Source of the DNA: Patescibacteria group bacterium
GTDB lineage: Bacteria > Patescibacteriota > Patescibacteriia > JAXHNJ01
DNA: 64,000 nt
Direction: 5' to 3'
Assembly: GCA_034520665.1 (NCBI GenBank)
Contig: JAXHNJ010000002.1
Location: 352,660-416,659, forward strand
The notes under the pieces were generated by a model, which saw nothing but the letters and a program-made list of their open reading frames with translations, was not told the origin of the DNA and did not search any database. The translations under genes were made by a program, and so were the position numbers. Shown here piece after piece: positions 37,127-47,471 of the stretch (position 1 is its first letter; every line of letters starts with the position of its first letter).

Positions 37127-39513
37127 AACCAATACAAGAGAAATAAGGAGTTATCCACAAAAATATGGAACAAAAAAACCTTAATCTTAAACAAAAAAGC
37201 GGCTAATTTGCGCCTAATTATTTTTTAAGCGTAAAAGTCGCTTGAAAGCGGCTTTTTTGTTTCTTACATTAACTTCTTTAATAAGAACTTTGACAATTAA
37301 ATAATGGTAACAATAAAGAGCATCTACTTAAAATCAACTAAAAAATTAACTTAAATTCATATTTTTAAGCGAGTAAATCAGGATCTAAAAAAGAGCATAT
37401 GGTGGATGCCTCGACATTAAAAGGCGAAGAAGGACGTAGCAGCCTGCGATAAGCCTCGGTCAGGTGGCAAGCAACCTTTGATCCGGGGATTTCCGAATGG
37501 GGAAACCCGTCTGTCTTTTTAAGGACAGTCATCTATGTCTGAATCTATAGGACATAAGAAGTGCACCTGGGGAATTGAAACATCTTAGTACCCAGTGGAA
37601 AAGAAAAAAAAGGGTTAGCTCATAGCTAATGACGGTTTTTGCCGTCATCTGCTATTTGCTAATATATTCCCAGAGTAGTGGCGAGCGAAATGGGAAAAGT
37701 CCAAACTTGTGAAGTTTTTCCGCTTTTGGCGGGAAAGGGGTCATAAGCCCTTATACTTTACGGGGGTAGTGAGATAATTACTTTTAAATCAGCTTATGAC
37801 TGATTGGGGATAGCGTATGTAGTAGACTTTCCTAAAGTTTATTAGGAAATACTATTACTATTTCCTAGCTAAATCACCTGGAAAGGTGAACCAAAGAAGG
37901 TGATAGTCCTGTAAGCAAAAGGAAATAAACTTCCTCGTGATTATTCTCGAGTACCACGAGACTCGTGAAATCCCGTGGGAATCTGGCATGACTATTTTGC
38001 CAAGACTAAATACTTTTAATGATCGATAGCGAACTAGTACCGTGAGGGAAAGGTGAAAAGCACCCCGGTGAGGGGAATGAAATAGTATCTGAAACCATAT
38101 GCTTACAAGCAGTCGGAGTCCCGCCTTTGGTGTGGATGACGGCGTGCCTATTGAAGAATGAGCCAACGACTTAGTTTTATACAGTTTTCGATTAAGCCCT
38201 TCAAGGGCGAAATCAAAGTGAAAGCAAGCGTGAAAACGCGACCATTAGTTAATTAGTGGTTAGTTATTTTATATAATTAATTCACTAATTTTCTAAAAGA
38301 TTGTATGAACTAGACCCGAAGCCAAGTGAGCTATCCATGGCCAGGATGAACTCTTGAGAAATCAAGGGGGAGGTCCGAACCCACTAGCCGTGCAACGCTA
38401 GGGGATGAGCTGTGGATAGAGGTGAAATGCTAATCGAACTTGGCAATAGCTGGTTCTCCTCGAAATAGCTTTAGGGCTAGCCTTATAAATACTTATATGG
38501 AGGTAGAGCACTGAATGGGTGCGGATGGCGTAAGCCTACCACATCCAACCAAACTCCGAATTCCATGTATTTAATTATAGGAGTCAGACCATGGGGGCTA
38601 AGCTCCATCGGTCAAAAGGGAAACAGCCCAGACCACCATCTAAGGTCCCTAAATTTAGGCTAAGTGTAAAGGCAGTATCGCAACTGAAACAACTAGGAGG
38701 TTGGCTTAGAAGCAGCCATCCTTTAAAGAAAGCGTAACAGCTCACTAGTCAAGTTACTTTGCGCCAAAAATTTATAGGGGCTCAAGCCTAATACCGAAGA
38801 TGTGGTCCCCCACTTATTTATAGGTGGGGGAGGTAGAGGAGCATTCCACGTTTACTGAAGTCAATTTGTTAAAATTGATGGAAAACGTGGAAGTGAGAAT
38901 GTTGGCATAAGTAGCAAAAATCAGGGTGAGAATCCCTGACACCGCAAGCTTAAGGTTTCCTGGGCAACGTGAATCGACCCAGGGTTAGTCGGTCCTAAGG
39001 CGAGGCCGAAAGGCGTAGTCGATGGACAGCTGGTTAATATTCCAGCACCGTCTATTTTGCTTGCAACTAATTGACGCATCCTCAAAGTCTGAGCGCATTT
39101 TGGCTATATGCGTTCCTTCACTTAATTTAAGTGGGGGAGAAGAAAAAACCTCCGGGTGGATTCGATTCAGGTGGAGCGGGTGCCAAGAAAAGATTAGCCG
39201 TGTCTAACTTAATAGATGACCGTACCAAAACCAACACAGGTGAGCGGGCAGTTAATCTGCTAAGGTGTACGAGAGAACCCTCGTTTAGGAACTCGGCAAA
39301 ACAGTGGCCGTAACTTCGGGATAAGGCCTTCCCCCACTTGCTTGCAAGTGTGGGGACGCAGTTAATGATCTCAAGCGACTGTTTATCAAAAACACAGGTC
39401 CCTGCTAAACCGTAAGGTGATGTATAGGGGCTGATGCCTGGCCAGTGTCAGAACGTTAAGGGGATAGGTGCAAGCCTTGAACTGAAGCGCTGATGAACGC
39501 CGGCGATAACTAT

Positions 39514-40250
39514 AAGTGACGATTGTAGTTATAAAATTTGGCTATATGCGGGAAACCCTCCTTCATTTGAAGTACTCGCCTTTTACTAAAAGGCAGTAAC
39601 AATCTTCAAAGGACATAATTGTCAGGAGGCAATCCGCAGGAAAGACTCTTGGTAAGAAAGGATTAAACTATGGTAAAAAATAAATGGTTAAAAAATGTAC
39701 CAATAAATATTGGTAATTATATTGCTGGATTTGTAGACGGTGAAGGAAGCTTCAATGTTTCATTAAGAAAAAGAAAAGATCATAAAATGAAATGGCAAGT
39801 TGTATTAACCTTTAATGTATCTCAAAAAGAAAGAGCTATATTGTCTTTACTTAAACGTTATTTAAGTTGTGGCAGACTACAAACTAGAAAAGATGGAGTA
39901 TCTTATTATGTAGTTTCAAATCCATTATCTATTAAAGAAAAAATTATTCCTTTTTTTAGTAGATTTCCCTTCTTATCACAAAGAAAAAGAAGAAACTTCT
40001 CAATTTTTAAAAGAATTACTAATTTAGTCATTAAAAAGGAGCACTTAAATAGCTCGGGACTAGAAAAAATAATTCAACTCAGAGAAAAATTAAATCCCGG
40101 ACGTGGAAGAAAAAGAAAATATTCATTAAAAGACTATAAACAAAACCAAGAGAATCCTCAGAGACTATACGCCAAACCGCGATCTTTTCGTAAAGAAAAA
40201 AGCGGATGAGATAGTCCGATCTCATAGGTAACTATGAGCTAACAATAAAG
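39514..40250 (+). mobile_element. Group I intron in 23S rRNA at E. coli-equivalent position ~L1917 (helix 69), carrying a LAGLIDADG ORF
   Basis: Exon junction reconstructs ...GGCGAUAACUAU|AAUCGUCCUAAGGUAGCG with a compensatory H69 stem. The 5' exon ends in U and the intron ends in G. A P1-like pairing exists between exon ATAACTAT and intron GTAGTTAT. Confidence 0.7.
39670..40209 (+). CDS. LAGLIDADG homing endonuclease (single-motif, homodimer type), intron-encoded
   Basis: NYIAGFVDGEGSF motif. 179 aa. Embedded in the 23S intron. Confidence 0.85.
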   Translation: MVKNKWLKNVPINIGNYIAGFVDGEGSFNVSLRKRKDHKMKWQVVLTFNVSQKERAILSLLKRYLSCGRLQTRKDGVSYYVVSNPLSIKEKIIPFFSRFPFLSQRKRRNFSIFKRITNLVIKKEHLNSSGLEKIIQLREKLNPGRGRKRKYSLKDYKQNQENPQRLYAKPRSFRKEKSG

Positions 40251-40254
40251 AATC

Positions 40255-40317
<63 letters not shown>

Positions 40318-40826
40318 GAGAACTCTCTCAACGAGGGACTCGGTGAAATTGCATTACGAGTAAAGATGCTCGTTACCCACGGCCGGACGAAAAGACCCCG
40401 TGAAGCTTTACTACAACTTGGCATTGAGTTAAGTTTGTGTTTGCTCAGTATAGGTGGGAGACTTTGAAGTCCCAATTTCGGTTGGGACTGAGTCGCCATG
40501 TGAAATACCACCCTAACGTAAATTTAGTTCTAATTTTTGACCATGAAACTGGTCAGGAAAACAGTGTCTGGTGGGTAGTTTGACTGGGGCGGTCGCCTCC
40601 CAAATTGTAACGGAGGCGCTTACAAAGGTTGGCTAGGCTGGGATGGAAATCCAGCCGATAGTGTAAAGGCATAAGCCAGCTTTACTGCAAGACCTACAAG
40701 TCGCGCAGTTACGAAAGTAGAACTTAGTGATCCGACTCTCGATTATAGGATCGGAGAAGCTCATCGGATAAAAGTTACTCCGGGGATAACAGGCTTATCG
40801 GTTCCAAGAGTTCATATCGACGAACC

Positions 40827-40867
<41 letters not shown>

Positions 40868-40898
40868 AAGAAGCTCCCAAGGGTTTGGCTGTTCGCCA

Positions 40899-40942
<44 letters not shown>

Positions 40943-41765
40943 AAAATATAAATAACGTTCTGTCTCTTTTCGTCCATAAAATTAAAATGATCGTGCTGTC
41001 TATAAATCTGGCTATATGCTGGAAACTCTGGCATCCTCAAATAAGGAGAATAGAGGATTGAAGAATCTCACACTACGTGTTATAATATACGTGAAAATGT
41101 GTTGAGTGCAGACAACCAGCAGGGAAGATTTATAGGGAAAAATATGTTAAATCCAAATTACATTTCTGGCTTTGTAGATGGAGAAGGCAGTTTTCATGTC
41201 GCCATTTACAAAGATAATCGTATGAAACATAATATAAAAATAATACCGGAATTTCATATTAGTCAACGAAAAGATAGTAAAATGATTCTGGAAAAAATAA
41301 AAGATTATCTTCAATGTGGTTATATCAAGAAAAATCATGCTAAAAATAAAAATGATTTGACATATGTTTATGTAGTTAGAAATCGAAAAGACCTTCTAGA
41401 AAAAATAATTCCTTTCTTTGAAAAATACACACTAAAAACAGTGAAGAAAAAAGACTATAACATATTCGCTAAAATAGTAGAACTTATGAATAATAATAGA
41501 CACAGTAAAAAAAGTGGACTTAGAAAAATTATTAAACTTTCTTACTCTATGAATAGAAAAGGTAAATACAGAAGATCAAAAATCTCCCTATAAAAACCCT
41601 CAGAGACTATACGCCGGACTCCAACTATAAAATGGAGAAGATATAGTCCGAACTCTATGGCGACATAGAGAGATAAGTAGAAATAACTTATCCCGTAACC
41701 ATAAACCCATTTTTGAAATTTGAATTTTGGAATTTGGAGTTTGTTGTTACGTAGTAACAATTCTG
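40943..41765 (+). mobile_element. Group I intron in 23S rRNA at E. coli-equivalent position ~L2593, carrying a LAGLIDADG ORF
   Basis: Exon junction reconstructs ...CGUCGUGAGACAGU|UCGGUCUCCUAUCCGCCGUGGGCG. The 5' exon ends in U and the intron ends in G. Shares a ~25-nt core (ATYTGGCTATATGCKGGAAACYCT) with intron 1. Confidence 0.7.
41099..41593 (+). CDS. LAGLIDADG homing endonuclease (single-motif), intron-encoded
   Basis: NYISGFVDGEGSF motif. 164 aa. Inside the second 23S intron. Confidence 0.85.
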   Translation: MLSADNQQGRFIGKNMLNPNYISGFVDGEGSFHVAIYKDNRMKHNIKIIPEFHISQRKDSKMILEKIKDYLQCGYIKKNHAKNKNDLTYVYVVRNRKDLLEKIIPFFEKYTLKTVKKKDYNIFAKIVELMNNNRHSKKSGLRKIIKLSYSMNRKGKYRRSKISL

Positions 41766-42211
41766 TCGGTCTCCTATCCGCCGTGGGCGTTTAGAAACTT
41801 GAGAAGATTCTTCCCTAGTACGAGAGGACCGGGAAGAACGAACCTCTAGTCTATGAGCTGTTCCGCCAGGAGCATAGTTCAGTAGCTACGTTCGGAAAGG
41901 ATAAACGCTGAAAGCATATAAGCGTGAAGCCTCCTTCAAGATTAGGTTTCCTTATTTAGTCTCCTTCAAGATAAGAAGGTTAATAGGTGGCCGGTGTAAG
42001 ATCCGTAAGGATTTGAGCCAAGCCATACTAACAGACAATTATTCCTGATTTACTCACTTAAAAATTATGAATTCATTAAAAAATAAATGAAAAAATACAA
42101 AGCCACTTTGAAATTACTCTTAATCTTTATTGTTTTAACCATTTTTTTAGAAATACTACTTTATTTTTCTCCAGCCACTATAGCGGCTAATTAAAATTAA
42201 GAGAGGTAGTA

Positions 42212-42329
42212 TCCTGGTGATACTAGCGACTGTGTTACACCCCTTTCCATTCCGAACAGGGCCGTTAAGACAGTCAGCGCCGATGATACTTGGGGTTTAT
42301 CCCTGAGGGAAAGTAGGTCATCGCCAGGA
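42212..42329 (+). rRNA. rrf: 5S ribosomal RNA
   Basis: Helix I CCUGGUGA/UCAUCGCCAGG. Conserved CCGAACAGGGCCGTTAAG and AGTAGGTCATCGCCAGG. An extended precursor stem GAGAGGTAGTA/ATTGCCTCTC flanks it. T-run terminator at 42341. Confidence 0.85.
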
Positions 42330-42551
42330 TATTGCCTCTCTTTTTTTATTGGTAAAAATTTAGAATAACTAATACATCAAATAATTAAATAGAAATAGCC
42401 TGTCCTGAGCGAGTCCGAGCTTGCCGAGGACGAGTCGAAGGACCAGGATATTGTCTCTCTTTTTTTATACTGAAAAATGGCTAAATCTTAAATTATTGCA
42501 AGAAATAATAAAACTCGGATTTTTATCCAAGTTTAATTTTTATCAGTAATT

Positions 42552-42935
42552 TTATTTCCTCTTAAACTCTTTTTTTAAATAATCAGTAATAATATAAATG
42601 ACTACTACCGCTCCAGTTATAGTTGGTAATTCTTTTGGTATTAAATAATCATTGGCCTGGCCAAAAAATAAATAATGGCCAACAATTAAAACTAAAGTTA
42701 ATATCCAAAGGAATACAAAAATCTCTCCCCGGCGAACACCAGTAAGCCCGCCCTTCCATCTCCTAATTTCTTTATCGGAGGCATAAAAAGTAAGTACTAT
42801 TATATAAATAGTACTTAAAATTGTCGGCAAACAATATCTTCCGCGGCTAACAAATTCAGTCATCAGCCAAAGCCAAATAAATATAGTAAAAACATCCAAT
42901 AATACTAAAAATATTTTTTGTTTTTGGTTTTTCAT
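42552..42935 (-). CDS. Small polytopic membrane protein, hypothetical (127 aa)
   Basis: Four predicted TM segments. No motif recognised. Confidence 0.4.
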   Translation of the reverse strand: MKNQKQKIFLVLLDVFTIFIWLWLMTEFVSRGRYCLPTILSTIYIIVLTFYASDKEIRRWKGGLTGVRRGEIFVFLWILTLVLIVGHYLFFGQANDYLIPKELPTITGAVVVIYIITDYLKKEFKRK

Positions 42936-43083
42936 ATTAAATTTATTATACTATATTTTTTATTAATAAACTATATAAAAGTATTTAGGCTAATATTAGC
43001 CTTTTTTTTATCCACAATTAGCTGTTGACTAAATGTTAATAATTTCATACAATGTATGATAAAGTATGATAATATAAATTATT

Positions 43084-43920
43084 ATGGATCGAAAAAGACT
43101 GACCATTACTCTTAAAAAAGATCTCTTGCCTAAAGTTGATAAGGTAATTGACGGCGCCAGAATCAGAAATCGTTCACATGCTATTGAATATCTTTTGTCT
43201 CAAACCCTCTCCCCTAAAATAAAAAAAGCGGTTATCTTAGCTGGCGGACGCGGTATTAAAATGCGCCCTTTTACTTATGAAATGCCAAAAACCTTAATTC
43301 CAGTTAAAGATAAACCGATTTTGGAATATACCATAGAACTTTTAAAAGAAAATCATATTAGGGAAATACAAATTGTTATTGGTTATCTAGGAGATAAAAT
43401 CAAATCTCATTTTGGCGATGGCTCCAGGTTCGGGGTAAAGATTAGCTACGCTGAAGAAAAAAAAGAAAACGGGACGGCCGCCGCTCTCTTAAAAGCCAAA
43501 GATTTTATCAGCCAAAAACCTTTTGTCCTTATTTACGGTGATACCTTAATTGATATTGACTTAACCGATATAATTGATTTTCATTTGACTCATGACGGAT
43601 TAGCCACTATGGCTTTGACTTCTTATGATAAACCCTATGAATTCGGCGTGGTCCGGCTTCATGGGAACCGCATTGTAAAATTTACGGAAAAACCAGAAAA
43701 AGGTAAAAGAATTTCTCATTTAATTAACGCCGGACTTTTTGTTTGTCAGCCGGAGATATTAAATTACATTCCCAAAAAAGGCAAAAGTATGCTGGAAAAA
43801 GATGTTTTTCCCAAATTGGTGGAAGAAAATAAACTTTATGGCTACCCCTTTGAAGGCCAGTGGTTTGATGTCTCTACGCCAGAGGTTTATGAAGAAGTTT
43901 TGAAGGAGTGGCAACAATAA
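43084..43920 (+). CDS. Sugar-1-phosphate nucleotidyltransferase (NDP-sugar pyrophosphorylase, RmlA/ManC-like) with an N-terminal ribbon-helix-helix (CopG-like) extension
   Basis: Residues 1-45 (KRLTITLKKDLLPKVDKVIDGARIRNRSHAIEYLL) fit an RHH beta-alpha-alpha pattern. The enzyme core starts KAVILAGGRGIKMRPFTYEMPKTLIPVKDKPIL. There is no in-frame ATG between the two parts. Confidence 0.65.
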   Translation: MDRKRLTITLKKDLLPKVDKVIDGARIRNRSHAIEYLLSQTLSPKIKKAVILAGGRGIKMRPFTYEMPKTLIPVKDKPILEYTIELLKENHIREIQIVIGYLGDKIKSHFGDGSRFGVKISYAEEKKENGTAAALLKAKDFISQKPFVLIYGDTLIDIDLTDIIDFHLTHDGLATMALTSYDKPYEFGVVRLHGNRIVKFTEKPEKGKRISHLINAGLFVCQPEILNYIPKKGKSMLEKDVFPKLVEENKLYGYPFEGQWFDVSTPEVYEEVLKEWQQ

Positions 43921-44023
43921 TAAGGAAAAATATGTTTTCAATTGAATTTATTGAAAATGTATAAGTTCCTTTTACTATTTTGCATCAAAACACAAATTAC
44001 CAAAAAAAACCGGAGGTCAAAAA

Positions 44024-45019
44024 ATGACTAAGAAAAAGGAAAACAGTTTTTTCGGAGAAATTCGTGAAAACATGGAGCTTAAAATTCTGGGAATCCCCTA
44101 CATTGTGCAGCGCACTTTTCTTGATTCTCACAACAGCTACGTGCTTCAGGCTAAGCATCCCGACGGTACTTCTGAAGTGCTCAAGATTTATTTCGAGAAA
44201 AGAAAGCTGACCAAAAGACAAGCGACTATTTTTGTCGGTCATGTTCTTACTTACTGCGACAAACTTCGGGATCTGAAAGTATGCCTCCCTCCTGACAAAG
44301 GTATTGTTCTTCTCCCGATTAACGGTCGCCTGGCTGTTATCCATATCAGCCCATTTATGGGAGAAAGCCTGGAAAGAAACATCCGTTTTGCTAAATCCGA
44401 AGAGGATATTATCCGTAATATGGATATTACCTTTACTTGCTTAGGCAATCTCATGAAAAACGGCCGCAGCGACCGGATGTCTGTCGGTATTGACCTCATT
44501 CCCAGAAATTTCGTCAGTCATGACGGAGAAAAAGCCATTTACGTTGATCTGGTTCCGCCTAAGATAAAGGTGGGGTCTAAATACTTACTGGAAATTCCAG
44601 AACCGAAAGATCCTTTGACTCATAAAATAGGCATTTTCCGCCATTATTCAAAACTGGGCGTTATGATCGTCTTTCTGGTTCAGCTTTGCCGACTTAAACC
44701 GCAGTATTACGAAGTCTACGAAGACGAAATTATCAAGTATTTGGAAAAAATGAAACTTTCCAAAACTGCTGATAAATTCAGAAAACGTCTGGTTAAAACT
44801 TCAATTACAGGTACTACAGCTGATGTTCCTGTTATCAAAAATCTCGAATTTGCCGATATTTATGACCTCAGGGAAATTGCCTGTTATTACTGCTACAAAG
44901 ATCTGATGACTAGAGAAGAGCTCAGATATTTCTTCTCTGATTCCCACTTTCAGGACAAACCCCTGACAAAAAAAGTGGTGAATGAATTAAAAAACCGGCT
45001 GATCAAAGCCGTTTCCTAG
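44024..45019 (+). CDS. Protein-kinase-like / aminoglycoside-phosphotransferase-like fold protein, compositionally atypical
   Basis: Putative catalytic loop GIDLIPRNFVSHDG and downstream IYVDLVPPK, compared with the HxDLxPxN...D motifs of ePK/APH folds. Locally higher G+C (~45% by eye) and a different codon style from its neighbours. Confidence 0.4.
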   Translation: MTKKKENSFFGEIRENMELKILGIPYIVQRTFLDSHNSYVLQAKHPDGTSEVLKIYFEKRKLTKRQATIFVGHVLTYCDKLRDLKVCLPPDKGIVLLPINGRLAVIHISPFMGESLERNIRFAKSEEDIIRNMDITFTCLGNLMKNGRSDRMSVGIDLIPRNFVSHDGEKAIYVDLVPPKIKVGSKYLLEIPEPKDPLTHKIGIFRHYSKLGVMIVFLVQLCRLKPQYYEVYEDEIIKYLEKMKLSKTADKFRKRLVKTSITGTTADVPVIKNLEFADIYDLREIACYYCYKDLMTREELRYFFSDSHFQDKPLTKKVVNELKNRLIKAVS

Positions 45020-45036
45020 TTCTTTTACTTTATCCC

Positions 45037-45066
45037 GGCGCTTCGCTTGCGAAGCGCCTTTTTTAT
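45037..45066. terminator. Bidirectional rho-independent terminator (GGCGCUUCGC-UU-GCGAAGCGCC + U run) between convergent genes
   Basis: Perfect 10-bp GC-rich stem followed by TTTTTTATTT. Confidence 0.6.
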
Positions 45067-45079
45067 TTAAATAAAAATT

Positions 45080-46237
45080 CTAATATTTAACTACTCTTTG
45101 CATCAGTTTATAATAAGACTGGTGTTTTTCTTTAAATCGACCCAGAATTGGCTCCATATAATCAAGATATTTCTTTTTAACCTGGCATTTCTCAAAATCA
45201 AAATATGTTTTATCTAAAACTTTTTCCTCATCAACAGCTTTATTCAATGGAATGTCAGATATTTGTATAGCGTCAGGCTTTTTGGTCCTTTCAATCCGGG
45301 CCATCCGCCCAAATTTATCCTCTTTTAACATATGAACCGAGTAATGACCTAAAGAACAAGCGGTGGTGGCATCAATTTTAATGGGCGAGCCAGTTTGCAT
45401 AAAATTACCCGGAAAAAGAGCTTTGCAGCTGATATTTAATTCTTCTTTTACTTTTTGCATTAGTCCTAAGGCGATAAAATTTTTTCTTTTTACTTTAAAA
45501 GTGTCACATTGATTTTGATCAAAGGCTTTTAATTTATCAAACTTGGCTTCTTCAGAGAGTACTACTGTGGCAAAATTACCATTCTCTTTATATTTTTTTT
45601 CTATTAAAAACAGAACTTTCTTTAGTTTTACCTTTTTTTCCGGCGGGATTATCACGTCAGCAGATCCATAAGCGCCGGAAGCAGCCAACCAGCCTGACTG
45701 ACAGCCTAAAACTTCAATAATAAAAACCCGGGAAAGAGTATAAGCGGCGTCAATTTTTATTTCTTCGCAAAAATTAGCTGTATGGTAAGCCGCACTAGGA
45801 AATCCGGGTGACCAATAAGTGCCTTGTAAATCATTATCTATAGTTTTGGGAATACCAACAATCTTAACCTTGCTTTTTTTAAATAATTGATTAGCCGCAC
45901 CCAGGGTATCATCTCCTCCGATAGCAATGACATAGTCAGCCTTATATTGTTTTAATTTATCCAAGACTACTTCCAGTCCCCCGCTTTCACACATGGGATT
46001 GGTCCGGCTGGAGCGCAAAAAAGTGCCGCCAATATCTTTAAGGGGTTTAGGATTAAAGGCCGTTAAATTTATGGACTTACCCTTCTCGGTTAAACAAGCC
46101 CAGCCATAAAGTCCGCCCAGAATTTTCATTTTTTGCCTTTGAGCTTCCCGGATTACTCCATAAAGAGTAGGATTAAGAGCTGGAGCCAACCCCCCGCCTG
46201 TGAAAACCAATAGTTTTTTACCTTTTAAATTATTCAT
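45080..46237 (-). CDS. pfp: 6-phosphofructokinase, likely pyrophosphate-dependent type
   Basis: LLVFTGGGLAPALN. IGGDDTLGAA (Asp in place of the second Gly of the ATP-PFK GGDGS motif, as in PPi-PFKs). PKTIDNDL. Confidence 0.75.
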   Translation of the reverse strand: MNNLKGKKLLVFTGGGLAPALNPTLYGVIREAQRQKMKILGGLYGWACLTEKGKSINLTAFNPKPLKDIGGTFLRSSRTNPMCESGGLEVVLDKLKQYKADYVIAIGGDDTLGAANQLFKKSKVKIVGIPKTIDNDLQGTYWSPGFPSAAYHTANFCEEIKIDAAYTLSRVFIIEVLGCQSGWLAASGAYGSADVIIPPEKKVKLKKVLFLIEKKYKENGNFATVVLSEEAKFDKLKAFDQNQCDTFKVKRKNFIALGLMQKVKEELNISCKALFPGNFMQTGSPIKIDATTACSLGHYSVHMLKEDKFGRMARIERTKKPDAIQISDIPLNKAVDEEKVLDKTYFDFEKCQVKKKYLDYMEPILGRFKEKHQSYYKLMQRVVKY

Positions 46238-46370
46238 AGATAATTGTCATTATTTTATCATTTCTGCCTGACCTTGGCAATATTTATTTCCTACTTTAAT
46301 AATCATTTTGACATAAATATAATAGTATTATAACCTATTCAATAAATAAAGCTCTTTTCACTTTAAAATA

Positions 46371-47360
46371 ATGGAGGTAAAAATGAAGACGGCACGTGAA
46401 TTTCTGGGTATTCCAGATAACCAAAGTTACGAAGTTCTATTGGCTCCCTCAGTTTGTATCGAAGAAACCAAGCAAGGTCCGATCAGTGGCAAATTTTCCA
46501 AAATCCCGGTCACTCTTAAAAGAAGGGTTTCCGGCACTTCCCTTAACATTGCCCTGGCTTTAACCCGGGTCTTTGAAAAAAGTGTTAAGCTTTTAGGCTG
46601 TGTCTCAGACAATGCCTATGAGCCACATAATGCTTATCTGCAAACACATGTTTCAAATCTGGGCCTTGACTTTCATCCTTTACCGGTTTACAACGACACA
46701 TCTGTGGCTACTCTAATTATTGATACCGGTCCGGAAAAAAGTGAAGATAATCTAATGCTCTCCACTAAAGGGAAATTAATTAAACCAGAAATAGCTGCTA
46801 AAGAAATTAGAAAGCAGATTCAACTTTGCCGGCCTGATATTATTATGGCTACCGGAGTCACGGATAATGACTATCCGATGGTCAAGGTTCTTTTTGAAAA
46901 AGAAGAATCATTCCGTATTCTCAATCCCCGTCCTGAGCTGCTTAGACAAATCTCTCTTGATAAAATTAAAGGCATTGACCTTTTAATTATCAATCACGAG
47001 GAGCTTTCCGGCTGTTTAGGCCAGGAAATAAAAGCCAATGAAATTAAGCCAAAAGATGTCCTACCCTGTCATAACTTAGGCATTCCCTTCATTATTGTTA
47101 CTTTAAACCACCACGGCATGATTTTTTCCGGTTCTGAATTAAACTTTTTCAGACCAGCTATTAATCTGGGTCAAGCTATCAGCTCTACCGGTACTGGTGA
47201 CGCTTTTACCAGCGCGTTTATCGCTGCTGTGCTTGAAGGACTGGACCTGGAAACATGTCTTTTATGGGCCCGAGTTTTTGCCGGCCTAAAAGTGATTCGT
47301 ACTGGCGGCTCTAATATTCCAACCGCTAAAGAATTCCGAGTCGCTCTTGAAAAAATTTAA
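46371..47360 (+). CDS. PfkB-family carbohydrate kinase (ribokinase-like)
   Basis: C-terminal signature ISSTGTGDAFTSAFIAAVLEG (DTxGAGDxF-type). Confidence 0.8.
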   Translation: MEVKMKTAREFLGIPDNQSYEVLLAPSVCIEETKQGPISGKFSKIPVTLKRRVSGTSLNIALALTRVFEKSVKLLGCVSDNAYEPHNAYLQTHVSNLGLDFHPLPVYNDTSVATLIIDTGPEKSEDNLMLSTKGKLIKPEIAAKEIRKQIQLCRPDIIMATGVTDNDYPMVKVLFEKEESFRILNPRPELLRQISLDKIKGIDLLIINHEELSGCLGQEIKANEIKPKDVLPCHNLGIPFIIVTLNHHGMIFSGSELNFFRPAINLGQAISSTGTGDAFTSAFIAAVLEGLDLETCLLWARVFAGLKVIRTGGSNIPTAKEFRVALEKI

Positions 47361-47376
47361 AGTTGTAAATTTAATC

Positions 47377-47408
47377 GCCGCACAAATCTTTCTGTGCGGC
47401 TTTTTTTA
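47377..47408 (+). terminator. Rho-independent terminator GCCGCACAAAUCUUUCUGUGCGGC + U8 (copy 1 of a repeated terminator element)
   Basis: 8-bp GC stem plus TTTTTTTT directly after the PfkB stop. Near-identical copy at 49103-49133. Confidence 0.6.
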
Positions 47409-47471
47409 TTAATTGACAAAAAAACAAATTTAACCTATATTACCATAAATGAATTTAAATATTTTTTTATA

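Noticed and set aside
39060-39140. Possible third (ORF-less) intron in 23S, suggested by the GGCTATATGC motif shared with both introns
   Set aside because: Alignment to the E. coli 23S shows this variable-region segment is shorter, not longer, than the reference. The motif match is short and may be coincidental.
43997-44499. Minus-strand ORFs 43997..44344 and 44251..44499, and similar small antisense ORFs (43759..43941, 46427..46612, 55229..55495, 57293..57523, 20123..20491, 21177..21386, 22453..22740, 28495..28869, 34777..34965, 41147..41338, 41542..41760)
   Set aside because: Each overlaps a longer, motif-supported gene or intron ORF on the other strand or in another frame.
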